A program made the translations under genes and the position numbers. Below the pieces are notes generated by a model. The model saw only the letters and a list, made by a program, of their open reading frames with translations, ran no database searches and was not told the DNA's origin. Of a DNA stretch of 64,000 bases, positions 40,470 through 54,345 are shown piece by piece. The stretch's first letter is position 1; every line of letters begins with the position of its first letter. Source of the DNA: Eledone cirrhosa (taxonomy: Eukaryota); contig OZ024741.1 of assembly GCA_964016885.1 (NCBI GenBank), forward strand, positions 151,032,001 through 151,096,000, written 5' to 3'.

Positions 40470-41084
40470 CACTCTTGAGTGCTACTGGTAACATGTAACC
40501 CAGTACAACCCGTCGCATGGTCAGCTCGTCGGTGACTAAACTGGCAACCCCACTAAGTTTACTTGGTGAGGAGGGGGATTTTGGACACTCTGCAGGACAA
40601 AAAACAAAACCTGACAAAGGACGGAAGAACTCATAAGAGTCAACGGTCATCCGAAAGTGTGTAAATATGTATATATACATGGACATATGTATGTATATGT
40701 ATATATACATGGGTGCATGTGTATGTATATGCGCGGGGACATAGAAATAGTCGGGCTGGCTACCCGATCGCGCGGTTAAACCACTGGGAGTGAATGACCC
40801 CTAGCCTTTGTCAGGGCATTCTTCTAGGAGAAGCCAACTCAGGAAACTGGGATAACTCCGATATAAAACCTGCGGCTCAGTAGTTACCGATGATCTTGAT
40901 ATTTTCTTCTTTTCGGGTTATAGCTATTGTCGCCCAGACAGTGGGATTGGCTCAGTGCACAGTCTTTCCTCACTTTAAAAAATATCTTCACGCAGAGGCA
41001 TTGCACGATAAAATTAATCAATAATTATTAATAATGTTATATCGTGCAATGGCCATACTCGATAACGAGGGGGCAGACATCATG

Positions 41085-41085
<1 letters not shown>
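40470..41085 (+). mobile_element. Non-autonomous RTE-derived element
   Basis: Colinear with 3549-4170 and ends in a tatg tail. Confidence 0.8.
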
Positions 41086-41120
<35 letters not shown>

Positions 41121-41194
41121 TATTGAAATTTCCGTTGGAAACAGAAAAGGTCATAGAAATGAAGAGTGCTCTATGTAAGTATCAGAGCAAAATT

Positions 41195-42256
41195 TAATGT
41201 ATAAAAATCAATACAATATAATTACCTCATTACCAGAGGTTTCATAGATACTATAAGATCTTTAACAGAAACTGTGTTAAAATTAGCTATTCCTGCGGTC
41301 CCCCTATTAAGTCCTATATCCTCAACAAAATATCACCTAGAGAAAATCAAACTTGCTCCTGTAGAATCAAAAGTGAATGCCCATTACAAGGTAAATGCAA
41401 CACCAAAGCCATTGTATATGCGGCTAAAGTGACAACCATCAGCAACAACCAATCAGCCACCAGTGAACGATATGTGGGTATGACGCAAGACAGATTCAAA
41501 ACGCGTTATTACTCACAATACGCATCTTTCGACATCCAGAAAAAAGATTTACAACAGCTCTGGCTAGCAGAATTTGGGATTTGAAAGACCAAGGCATCCA
41601 ATGTAAACTAGATTGGTCAATTTTGAACCAATCTAAAAAATATGCTAGAGGAACAAGAAAATGAACGCTCTGCATAAATGAAAAATGTTGGATATTGCAA
41701 AATCTAAAATCACCAAAGACCTGCCTGAACACAAAGACGGAAATTTTCACCAGTTGCCCACACATGAAATCACACCTGCTTTCCAGCTCATATAAACTTA
41801 ACACACTTTCAGATACTTATCCTCCATAAACTCTTATTATTCTCTTTTTAATTACCCTTTCTGACTTACTTTCATTTTTATCCTTGTCAATAATTTCATT
41901 TATTTTTATTTTTATTTTTATTTTTACTTCACATCCACCCCCCCTTTATTCTCCGATTCACTTTCCATTTTTTACTTCCCCTTCTTTTACTTCCCTTTTT
42001 CCTCCACTAACTGATTACACTTGTCTTTTGTGTTTTTCAATCCAGATATATTTTTCATTTTCATTTTTATTTTTATTTTTATTTTATTTTTGCGCAGCCT
42101 ATCTTACAATTTTATATTTGTACTTATTTATCCACAAGTTTTTTACACCCTGTATCAATATGGCTGAACGCCTTAATGTGTGTATACTTTTATATATGTA
42201 AATGAGTGACTACGTATGTGCGCGCGCGTGCGTGTATGTATATATATATATATATA

Positions 42257-42289
<33 letters not shown>

Positions 42290-43135
42290 ATGTATATATT
42301 ATGCGTATGTGTATGTCTCTTTATATCCGTGTTTTTGACATCTCGGTTTTATGTTTTGTTCCTTTCTTCTTCTCCCCCCCCCCCTTTCCTTTTTTTACTT
42401 ACTCAGTTTTATGCGTGTGCATGCAAACAGGTTTATATGCGTGAGTATAAGTATGTGCGTGTATGTGTGTGTATGTACGTATCGAACGTATGGATGTGTA
42501 AGTGCGCGTGTGTATATAAGCATCTATATTTTTACATTTCTTTTGTGAGACATGCGTGTCTGTGTATGTATGTACCCTTTTTTTGTCTTCTTTTCTTCAA
42601 TTTTTTCTTTCTAAAAATATTTTTTCTTTCTAATTTATCGTTATTATATTTTTATAAATATATCGAGACTGATACTTTTCTTTTAATTATTACACTCCCT
42701 TACCTCCTTTACTTCCGCATCTAAGTGTAAGAGTGTGCAGGCGTTTTATGCGCGCGCCTTCATATTCATATATTTATGATGTAACTATTCTGTTTGTAGA
42801 TTACAGACATATAGATACATTTGCCCTAAATTTTAGAATTACGCACACTTTCTCACTATACGTATACATGTGTGCATATACATATATGCACATCTGTGAG
42901 CGTATATACATAAATATACACACACCTAACTATATTTTTTGATAGATTTTTATATATTTCAATTTCTATTTCATTTGTCTATATCTTTTTTTGATTTTCT
43001 TGATGAGTTTTTCTGGGTATTTACCCATGTCTTATATTGCCTCGTCTGACGAACGAATGAAGTCGTTTATTTCGTATTCGCCTCATTCGGGAAACCTCTG
43101 GTAATGAGGTAATTATATTGTATTGATTTTTATAC

Positions 43136-43139
<4 letters not shown>
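41195..43139 (+). mobile_element. 5'-truncated Penelope-like element with an inverted terminal segment, GIY-YIG remnant (41243-41829) and hammerhead (43037-43112)
   Basis: KIFNRNCVKISYSC..CSCRIKSECPLQGKC..IVYAAKV..RYVGMT..CPH. 41195-41243 is the reverse complement of 43091-43139. HHR reads ttgcctcgt-CTGACGA-a-cgaatga..tcattcg-g-GAA-acc-tct-gGTA-atgaggtaa. Confidence 0.9.
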
Positions 43140-43204
<65 letters not shown>

Positions 43205-43999
43205 GTTTACATATGCATAAATTTATATATGTTACAACCGGTCACTTTTTAGCTCTATGAAGAATTAATAAATTAAATACTCAGAGCAATATATTATTAT
43301 AAATCATGTCTACAGAATTATTAGATAAACAAAATATATACTCCATTTCCTCTGCCAAACATATATATATATATATATATATATATAACCATATTAGAAG
43401 AAGAAAAACATCAAGTTAGGAATATTTCGATAAGCAAAGTATGAATATTAAGAAATACGATTCCGTTATGTACTTTGACATTTTAAACCAAACTAATTTG
43501 TTATGTCTTTCACAGGGGACATTGAACTGGTTGTTTTTCTCGAAAGAACCAAATTACATTTATAATAAATAATATACTAAGTGTGAAAGATACTGGTTGT
43601 GTTAGTGAGCTTAACTTTTTGGGGAATATGACAAGAATATGACAAGAAAACTACTGAGGTTGAAGTGTGAAATATGGTTGCACAATATTTCTGTGGCTTA
43701 CAGTAAGAAAGATCTGCTGTGCTGTTGCCAGATTAAAAAGCTTATTAATATTTTGAGGCGAGTGATTTCCAGTGACATTCGAGTTCTGTAGTGTAGGTTA
43801 TGAATATAACGTTTTAGAATACATTTTTACCTGAACGTTGTGTATAGGAACCCCATAGGTGTCTCGAATTCTATGTGCATTTGCATATCTATCTATCTAT
43901 TTGTATCACTCTGTCTATCTCTCATTTTGTAGATATACATACATACATGCACACATACACACGCACGCGCACACACACATGCACGCACACACACACATG

Positions 44000-44041
<42 letters not shown>

Positions 44042-44402
44042 TACACACACATAATATATGTGTATGTGCATATTTGAAAACGTTGAAATCCAAATACAAA
44101 ATTGTTACACTGATAAGAATGTGAGACACTCGGCTTAATTACCCTTAGGGATAGAAAATAAGTGACCAGCTGCCACTACGTGGTCGTTGTTGGAGAATTA
44201 TTCTTGTCTCGATTTTCTAATGCAGTTATCATTGTAGTGATTTTGTTTAGATTTCAGAGTTTTCAAATTTAAAATCACCCAAACGCTTCGATAAATCGAA
44301 ATATTTATATATTTGTAGAAGAAAAAGAATGTGTGTTTGTATGTATGTATTTATGTATATATGTATGCATACATACATAAATACATACATACAAACACAC
44401 AT

Positions 44403-44800
44403 TCTTCTTCTCTCACTTATTCCCGAGAGATTCGTAGGGTAATAGTCCTTAAACACTCCTTCCAGCGGGATCTGTCAGAAGTAACAGTCTCCAACTGATC
44501 TGTCAGGATCCCCTAGCGAAACCAGCCAAGCTAATGGATGTTATCCAACCATCTTGCTCGGGGTCTACTCCTGGATCTCTTGCCGGTTGGTTTTGCTCGT
44601 AAAATCTGTCCAGCGATTCTTTCCCAAGATACTCTAACTACATGCCCATTATATCTGAGCTGTGATCTCTCAATTCGGAGATGTAGCGGCTCTACCTGGA
44701 ATGACTCTCTGATCTCCGAGCTATGCACTCTATCGAGTAACGTTACTCCAAAGATCTTTCCGAGGAACAATATTTTGGTCGCTTGTATTCACGATCGTAT
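44403..44800 (-). pseudogene. RTE LINE 3' fragment
   Basis: ORF 44531-44770 IERSQLRYNGHVVR..RPRARWLD, homologous to 14040-14455. Confidence 0.85.
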
Positions 44801-44859
44801 TGTTTCGAAAATCGTGAAAAATAATTGTTTTTTGTTATGAAGTTCCAATTTTTTGTTGA

Positions 44860-45480
44860 TCTCACCCAGTATTTGCACAGTATCTCTAGGATAACCCTCG
44901 ACAAAGTACCCAGATTGAAACTAAAATTCCTAACGAATTCTTTAAAATAATAGATAAAATATTCCTAAAACCATCTCATAAATACTACAAATTTCTTAAT
45001 TATTAAACAATCAAATTCTCTAACTCTACCACTAGGAACGCCGAAACCTTTATAACTATCTTAAATCATAAACATCAATAACGAAATCAACTCCTTACCA
45101 CAACACTACGACAGCATCAACGACAACGGATCTAACAACAATCATATAACCTAATCAATCCCAAATAACAATTTTCTAACAAATTAGAAAGCACATAAAC
45201 ACAACACTCTCAACCTCCAACCCATAACACCTCTACCTAATACTATAGCAAGATTCGGTTACAAACAAAATAAGGCCCCCCCCCCCCAAAAAAAAAGAAT
45301 CTGTATCTGTAGACAGCTTGAAAATGGCCCTAGAGAGAAAATGCCTGTATATGAACATAGTGTTCTAATATGAGCTAACTTCCACAGGAGGCACATATAA
45401 ATATATAGTGTAGCAAAAAACAACTTCAAAATACCACACTATCTACACACACCTTCATTAAAATATCTGAATCTTGAAAC
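44860..45480 (+). pseudogene. Highly degenerate Penelope-like fragment
   Basis: IDKIF..SHKYYKFLN..TIKFS.STT and CICR..KCL..NIVF align to 36000-36500. Confidence 0.6.
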
Positions 45481-45984
45481 AATATCAACTACAAAATGCC
45501 ATAGTCTATCGTACGACCTGCAAAACCTTACTAGAGTAAACGCCGAGAATGTGATTGCTGCCCGGTTAAAGTACTGGAAATTATAACTTGAAGGACTTAA
45601 TAAACTATAGACAGTTCAATCGAAACATTTTCCAGGTACAACGAATCAACAACATGCAGTTCTAAATTGTCTAAAGCCCAATTAATTACACTTCTCCTCT
45701 CCAATTGCATACGACTGCAAGCCACCATAATAAATTTCCTAGTTCTATATACTGAACTCAATCTGTTCCTCACAACATATACACAACCATTACTCTGCAA
45801 ATAAGTATAGACAGCTCTGTATTTGTCCATAATACACAATAACAGATGTAATGATAACAATAAAAAAGTAAAATGTAGATAGTTAAGTATAATATTCTTA
45901 TAGGTTCTCCGATACATCCATCTACTCAATTCGAACTCACTAACTCCTCACACAGGAAATACACATAAAACTCACATCAAAATA

Positions 45985-46362
45985 ATTGTTTCTACTTTTG
46001 GTACAAGGCCAGCAATTAAACCAGTGTATTACTGGTATTTTATTTTATCGACCCCGTAAGGATGAAAGGTAAAGTTAACCTCGACGGGATTTGAACTCAG
46101 ACCGTAAAGGACCGTAACTCTATGCTGCAAAGCATGGTGTCCGACGCTCTACCGATACTGTAAATCCACCACCCTTCGAGTTTCTACTTTTGGCACAAGG
46201 CCAGCAAATACACCAGTGCATCACTGGTACTTTATTTTATCGACCCCGTAAGGATGAAAGGCAAAGTTAACCTCGGCGGATTTGAACTCAGAACACAAAG
46301 GGCCATAACTCCATACTGCAAAGCATGGTGTCTGACGCTCTACCGATACTGCCAAACCACCA
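45985..46362 (-). mobile_element. Two tandem Meta-core SINEs
   Basis: Each is the reverse complement of 12498-12682. Confidence 0.9.
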
Positions 46363-47267
46363 CATCAAAATAATATTATATGATTATACCCCTAACTTTT
46401 AACATTTATTACGCCTCTGTATTGTCATAACAAGAACATTTCACCCCTTTTCTCTAATAAAACAACTTATCTCAAAACAAAACATCTCTTACTACTGACA
46501 ATTACTACGAAATCTATCAAGGATCGCACAGGAAAAACATGTCACCAGTGAATAAGATAAGTTCAGGATAACGGCACCAATAAAAGACAATTGAAATGTA
46601 GTTTCTTTATCTTCATATCTAATTAAGCAAATTTACAATATAAGCTATAAGTCAAATTATTGATAGATATTTTGGGCGATTGTTTAATATTAAAGTAATC
46701 AGAAAATACTACACTGATTGGATGACTATCATATTTAAGAACATTCCACCAGTTGCCAAAAATTGTTTGGTGAACCTCCACTAAAACCTACATAACCGGC
46801 TCACCTCTGCGATATCTGACCCTCAACACAGTTGAACGCCATTCGTCTCTGAAGAGCTGTAATTACAATATTTTCCAGTACAGTGCGCAGTAATGTTTTG
46901 CTTACGTATAATCAGATGTATTCGATTACAGTGAAACATGTGTCAGAATTATTAATAATTGAAATATTGAATATCAACCTATCAGCCTCTGTGATTCCTA
47001 AACCTCAGCTTTCTCTCTTTCTCTCTCTCTCTCTCTACTCTTTCCCTCTCTTTATATATAACTGTGTGTGTGTGTATGTGTGTACAGAAAACTACACACA
47101 CGCATGTAAATATATCTCCTATATATCATATGGATAAATAACATACAGAGCATAAGACGACGGAAATAGAACGAGGGCAATTTGATGTGCTGCAAGAGTG
47201 TATATAATATACATTAAATAACATATTATCTATCTCTGTATATGTGATGTATATATATGTCTGCTCC

Positions 47268-47348
<81 letters not shown>

Positions 47349-48194
47349 TAGTAGAATATTTAAAGAATCTGTTTTTCTTTTTTTCTTCTTTGATCCTTCA
47401 AAGTGACATTATTGAAAAAATGAGCGGAACAATATTTTTTGAAAGAAAAAGAGTTTTATAATGCATATAAAATATATAAAATATAACCGGTTTCAATGTA
47501 TCGGTGTAATCCATATTATCAAATGATGAATATTACAATTAAAAAGAATTATAAAGAATTAAAAAGTTAAAATTTAAAATTAAGTGTTGAAGAAGGTCTG
47601 TTCCTCTTTCTTGTTGAGAAGACTGGGTCTAAAATGGAACCTTATATATACATAACATGTATTAAGTATCGTTTTAACTGTTGTACTTCCATCCTTCTGC
47701 AAATAATTAATTCTTGATTGATTGTTTGATTGACTTTTAGCTCCTATTAATTAATCAATCCTTAATTAATATATCAGCATAGATATGCCTGTATGTTACT
47801 CCACTACCTACAATTAGGTGTTAATATTTATTTATGTTAATTATTCAATCATTGTAAGGTCTGTATAGCAATGGTAAGCTATGACATACTAGGAGAGGAA
47901 TCTAACAGTTTTATAACTGGTAAGTCACTATAGACAGGAAAAAGGTATGTCATGAACAACTAGGAAAGGATTCTAATACCTGTTATATATATATAGTATG
48001 TCTTGACAGACAGAAGAACAGTTGCTAATACTCCTTATACAGAGCTGGTATGCCATTAGAAACTAGGGAATGTAACCAATAATCTTTATATAGAACCTGA
48101 AAGCCATTGTAGCATGGGAAATGTATCGCTTGTATAGAGCTTGTGAGCGCTGTCCAAACTGGGAACGTATCTAATACCTATTATATATAAATGA

Positions 48195-48590
48195 CTAGCA
48201 GAAAACCACCCAGGGGGCGGTTTTCTGCTAGTCTATATATCTAAAACAGAGAATGTCTGTCTGTCAGCTCACTAAAACTTGAGAACCATCCAACCGATTG
48301 TTTTCAAACTTTAGACATGTAATACTTATGGTCCTGTGAGTGTTTGGAGCAAAAATTATTTCAAATTTTCCATGCCCTAGGGACCGCATTAGGCGATTTA
48401 GCGTTCTCTCTATATAATTCTTAGTTTTTCTTTTTAGATAGATACATAGATATAACGTTGCGCCCTTATAATATCTGTCTGTATGTCTGGCTGTCTGCAT
48501 TCCGTCATTATGACGCGCTCAGCGCGATTCCCTCGGCCTCAGTGACCAAAGTCAGTGGAGAGGGGAAGGTAATGTTTCTGTAGCACGTGT
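48195..48590 (+). mobile_element. Helitron-like 3'-end palindrome joined to a 5' TC start
   Basis: CTAGcagaaaaccaccc-a-gggggcggttttctgCTAG followed by TCtatatatctaaaac..gtctgtctgtc..caaccgattgttttcaaactt. Confidence 0.65.
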
Positions 48591-49126
48591 TTTAGCGTCT
48601 ATTCACTCTCTCTCTCTCTCTCCCTCTCTCACTCCCGCTATCCTCCTCTCGTAGTCTGTCTCTTTCTTTCACTCTCTCTCTACGCACGTGTTTCCACTGT
48701 CGGACAGACAGACAGAGAAATTGCTGGTTATATATATAAGTAGATAAGTTATGACAGACTGTGAATGTATCAAATAACCTTATAATTAAGAAACAATAAC
48801 AAGAAAGAAAGAAAGAGAGAAGGAAATAAGGGAGCGAGAGAGAGGGAGGGAGGGAGGGAGAGAGAGAGTGTAAGAAGGGGAGAGACATGGAAGGAAGGAA
48901 ACAAGGCAAAAGATAAAAAAAGGTGAAAAAGAAGGACAGCTACAAATCAGTTACATATTTCTGTTGTTAAATATTTTCGTAGCCTTCATGTAGTGGAGGA
49001 TCATGTTTATTGTTGCTAGATCCTGTTTACTGTTTGATAAGCTATATTTAGAAAGGTTATATAAAAGTACAATAGCCTAATGTCAAATGACCTTAGCAAA
49101 CTAGTCTACCACATTGGAACTCATTT

Positions 49127-49308
49127 TGGCAGTATCGGTAGAGGGTCGGACACCATGCTTTCCAGCATAGTTAAGTCCCTTTACGATCTGAGTTCAAATC
49201 CCGCCGAGGTTGACTTTGCCTTTCATCCTTACGGAGTCGATAAAATAAAGTACCAGTAATACACTGGAATAATTGCTGGCCTTGTGCCAAAAGTGGAAAT
49301 AATTATTA
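49127..49308 (+). mobile_element. Meta-core SINE
   Basis: Same A box, B box and core as 12498-12682. Confidence 0.9.
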
Positions 49309-49719
49309 AATACTTTGATATAGCTTCAATCTCAACCCAAAGGAATTGTATGAATGTATGAGTCAATACACATATACCTATGTGTATACATGTATGTGTA
49401 TATATGTATGTATTTATGCATGAATATATATATATTACGTTATGAAGGGCCTGGTTTTATACCTTGAGCTCATTAAATTACAGGGGATTAACGTGAGTCT
49501 TTAACTCCGTTTTTTTCATTTGATATTTTAGCTCCTAACGAACGTTCTGTATGTTTGTTGAGCTTCTTAAGTTGAATGGTTATAGGCTGCTATTTATAGC
49601 GTTTTTTTTTTTATCCATTCAAGCCACTATGTACTGTTTGACGCGCGTGTTTCTCTTCTCTCTCCACGTGCGATTCAGTTATCTAAAGTCTCTTTAGAAG
49701 TGCAGTTCATATCATCTCT

Positions 49720-49802
49720 ACACCTGATGACGAGCCCTGGGATGTTATGATTCTGACACTGTTTATGGCGAAACATTCTCTTCTTTGAGTCTGTCCAGGT
49801 GT
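49720..49802 (+). ncRNA. Hammerhead (C3A variant) between about 80-bp direct repeats at 49440 and 49962
   Basis: acacctg-ATGACGA-gcc...ggc-GAA-aca..tGTC-caggtgt. Confidence 0.65.
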
Positions 49803-50039
49803 TTTATAGTTATAAAGGTGGGTTAGTGCATTTGAATTTACCTTTCCAATTATTATGTATTTTCCACATTTTTCGTAGACTTTATGTATTTCACTCTAGT
49901 GGTTCTCTAACCCTCGTAATTCAAAACATACTCTTTTGTATGTTCTTTTCTATATATTATATTATGAAGAGGCCGGTATTTATACCTTGAGCTCATTAAA
50001 TTACAAGGGATAAACGTGAGTCTTTAACTCCGTATTTTC

Positions 50040-50091
<52 letters not shown>

Positions 50092-50116
50092 CATACATAC
50101 ATATATACATACATAC

Positions 50117-51376
50117 ATGGTGGCTGCCAACTCGTTTTCGAGTACGGCCACTACTTTATATCCATGTAGGAGAACCCCTACTGATGCGCTGAACGAGTGT
50201 GACTTTTTAGTCTCAGCCAGAGACTTGAAAACTCTGGTACAAACACTACACTTGTGACAATTATTGACACATAGTGCTGGGCCCATGGTACCATGTGATG
50301 ACAAGTGCAGAGAGATCTCCAGATATAAAGCAATGCCTGTGCTGTGAAGCTTTTATAGTGAGGAAAGGCACTGCACAAAGCCAGTCCCACTCTCTTAACC
50401 AAGATGATATTTACCAAAAAGAAGAACAAGTCAACATCATTGGATACCATCAGGGTTGCAGGTGTTATATCAGAGTTTTCCTTCTCCTAGAATTCTGCCT
50501 TGACAAAGGCTAAGGGGTCATCTCTCCCGGTGATTTTGGATGGCCATTGACTCTTAAGAGCTCCTTTGCCCTTTGACAGGTTTTGTTTTTAGTCCTGCAG
50601 GATGTCCAAAGTCACCCTCCTCACCAAGAAACCTTGGTGGGGTTGCCAGTTTAGTCGCCAACGACCCGACCATGAGACAGGTTGTACTGGGATACATGTT
50701 ACCAGTAGCACCAACTGGTGACCTGACATAAATACATACATACATACATACATACATACATAAATGGTGGCTGCCAACTCGTTTTCGAGTACGGCCACTA
50801 CTTTATATCCATGTAGGAGGACCCGTACCGATGCGCTGAACGAGTGTGACTTTTCAGTCCGGCCAGCGACTTGAAAACTTTGGTACAAACACTACACATG
50901 TGACAATTATTGACACATAGTGCTGGGCCCATGGTACCATGTGACGACAAGTGCAGAGAGATCTCCAGATATAAAGCAATGCCTGTGCCGTGAAGTTTTT
51001 ATAGTGAGCAAAGGCACTGCACAAAGCCAGTCCCACTCTCTTAACCAAGATGATATTTACCAAAAAGAAGAACAAGTCAACATCATTGGATATCATCAGG
51101 GTTGCAGGTGTGATATCAGAGTTTTCCTTCTCCTAGAATTCTGCCTTGACAAAGGCTAAGGGGTCATCTCTCCCGGTGGTTTTGGATGGCCATTGACTCT
51201 TAAGAGCTCCTTTGCCCTTTGACAGGTTTTGTTTTTAGTCCTGCAGGATGTCTAAAGTCACCCTCCTCACCAAGAAACCTTGGTGGGGTTGCCAGTTTAG
51301 TCGCCAACGACCCGACCATGGGACAGGTTGTACTGGGATACATGTTACCAGTAGCACCAACTGGTGACCTGACATA
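50117..51376 (-). mobile_element. Two head-to-tail RTE-derived non-autonomous elements (period about 646 bp) in (CATA)n
   Basis: Units 50117-50730 and 50764-51376 differ by scattered substitutions. The 5' leader is shared with 3549 and 40470, and the 3' part has C2H2-like remnants. Confidence 0.85.
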
Positions 51377-51444
51377 CATACATACATACATACATACATA
51401 CATACATACATACATACATACATAAAGTATGTATGTATGTATGT

Positions 51445-54260
51445 AAGTGCTTAATAAAAGATTCAGACGAAACCAAACATCAAAAGTGCTTAATAAAAGA
51501 TTCAGACGAAACCAAACATCGAAAGTGCTTAATAAAAGATTCAGACGAAACCAAACATCAGTCTATAGAGATATGAATGGCAAAATAATAAGTGTCACTG
51601 AGGCTCCATTCCAGAAAGACATAGATTCTTTTGGAGAAAATTATGGGGTGAAAAGAAGAATTTCAACCAAGGTGCAGTGTGGCTAAGAGAAATCCGAAAG
51701 AACTATTGCTCCTACACTACAACAAAAACATACGAAATAAGTGAGGGTACCCTTGAGACTGTGATAGGAAAACTCCAACATAAGAAAACACCAGGAAGAG
51801 ACATTATTGTCGGCTACTGGTACAAAAAACTAATATTCTATCGGAGACCTCTACCAACAAGTTCTTAAGGGATATATACTTATACCAGAATGGTTGTCAT
51901 TAGCACAAACGTTACTGGTCCCCAAGAACAAAGACACCCACTTGGCAAAAAACTACCGACCCATTGCATGCCAGAACCTGATGTATAAGATGTATACAGC
52001 CTACCTCAACCTATTCCTCCAAGATCGCTGTGAAAATAATAACATCAACACAGATGAACAAGCAGCTGGAAAGAAAGGGGTTTGGGGATGTGCTGAGCAA
52101 CTCCTAATCAACAAAACTGCGATGTAGGAGGTGCGACAACTTAGGTGGAATATGACTACAGTCTGGCTGGACTACAAGAAAGCTTTTGATTCTGTTCCCC
52201 ACTCTTGGGTGATAGAGGCCTTCCAACTTGCTAAAGTCCCAGACATTATTGTCATAGTCATAGAGAGGCTGTCTTATTCTTGGGCTACTATCCTAAGGTT
52301 AAAGACAGAGAGTGAGGACTCTATTTTCACTGATAAAATAAAATATTGCAGGGGTATATTTCAGGGGGACAGACTCTCTGTGATATTATTCATCTTGTCA
52401 TTAAACCCCTTGTCCTTTCTGCTCAAGAAATGTGAGGGATACATCATTGGCTCTCGGGAGGACAGAAATACGAACCTAACCCATAACTTCTTTGTGGACG
52501 ATCTGAAACTCTATGCCAAGAACATGGATGGGATGAAGAAAAATCTTGACCTGGTTACAACGTTCTCAAAGGATATAGGAATGGAGTTTGGCCAAGATAT
52601 GCTCATACATGACTGTAAAGCGGGGAAAAACAACAACCCAATCTAGCAACATTGTCATCAATGGCCTAACTGTCTCACGGATATCTGATGAGGACTGCTA
52701 CAGATACCTGGGGATAGATGAGAACATATCCTATAATGGTATCTGTAATAAAGAACGCGTAACCAGGGAATACTACACCCGATTAAGAAAGATCTGGTCA
52801 TCGGAACTCTCTGCGCAAAACAAAACAGTGGCTCACAATGTGTTCACTGTGCCTGTCCTAGCACCAACGTTTGGAATACTCAATTGAACGATAGACGAAA
52901 TCCGAGCCGTTGATGTTGGAAGACGAAAAATACTGAACAACACCGGAAACTTCCACATCAACAGTGACATAGACCGCCTTTACTTGAAACGTAAGCAGGG
53001 AGGTAGAGGCCTAACATCAGTCCAGACAACATTTGAATGTCGCATCATATCTCTCCGACAACATCTACGAACCTCGAAGCATAGGAGCCCGTTTCTCGAG
53101 CAAGTCTATCTGCATGAAACAGATAAGATCATGAGAGTTGGGAAGGAACTCCTTGAGAGATATTCCCTGTGTGATAATCAAAAACTCACACCCAGAGATG
53201 TCGCTCAGCAGTATTGCAGTGAATCCATGGATGAAAAATTGCATGCCTATCAGCAAAATATCATGCATGGATATGTTGCCAGGAAGCTCCAGAGTGAGAG
53301 TAATATAGATAAGGAAAGTAGTCTATCTTTGACCAACAACCGCTATATTGGCTCCCACTTTGAAGGATACGCTTTTGCAATCCAGGAACAGGAGATTAGC
53401 ACGAAATACCTGATTCACAAAAGAGATAGGGATGCAGGCAAAACACCTAGATGTGATAACAAGTGCAGACTCTGCAGAACTAACATCGGGGATATGACCC
53501 ATGTCATCAGCAGCTGTCCAAAGATGTCATCGCGGTACTATCTACCTATGAGGCATGATGTAGTGGCCAAAACACTGTACAAAAGATAGCCCCGATAATA
53601 AACACATTAAAAGCTACAACAATGTGGAAGACATCAATGTACATAATATGAAAGAGTACTGGTGAAATGTTCCAGTAAAAACCCCAATAAAATGCAGGCA
53701 TAACAGACCAGATATTATGATATGGGACAGGGAGAAGAAAACATGCGCAAAAGTGGAAATTAGCTGCCCAGCAGATGCCAATATAATATCAAAAATTAGT
53801 GAAAAGGAGAATATTTATGCAGAACTGATGAGAAATCTGCAGATACTCCACCCTGATTACACCTTCAGATTAATGCCTGTGATTATTGGGACATGTTAGT
53901 AACTGCCTCAATACAAATCTTGAGAAGCTAGGCTTCACAGGAACAGAAAGAACACAACTAGTTAGGAAATTACAAGTACAATCCATTAATGGAACATTAA
54001 AAATATGTAAAACATTCCAAACATTTTGCATCTAATAACTGCATATACACATGTACAGATACCAAGCATATACACATGCACACATACAACTCAAAACTTA
54101 CACATTCACACATACAATAACATCCATATCTACACATGCATGCATACATAAATATCTACCTAGTTGTTGTGTAAATTCCAATGAGAGAGTCTTGTGTCTA
54201 TGTTAGAAACCGACTCTCTCTCTATTGGTAAAACTTTGTGAAATTATAAAACCAGAAGAA
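51445..54260 (+). pseudogene. 5'-truncated R4/Dong-type non-LTR retrotransposon (RT plus restriction-like endonuclease)
   Basis: NYRPIAC, WLDYKKAFDSVPH, GIFQGD, FVDDLKLY, YRYLG, GGRGL, CRLC..HVISSC, RHDVVA, RPDI. Few stops or frameshifts, flanked by (CATA)n. Confidence 0.9.
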
Positions 54261-54277
54261 CATACATACATACATAC

Positions 54278-54335
<58 letters not shown>

Positions 54336-54345
<10 letters not shown>

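Noticed and set aside
43500-43710. Possible host exon after tctttcacag
   Set aside because: Stops in all three frames and no supporting neighbouring exons.
46844-46920. CTGAAGA followed by the hairpin gctgta/tacagt
   Set aside because: GAA is replaced by GCG, and stems I and III are unconvincing.
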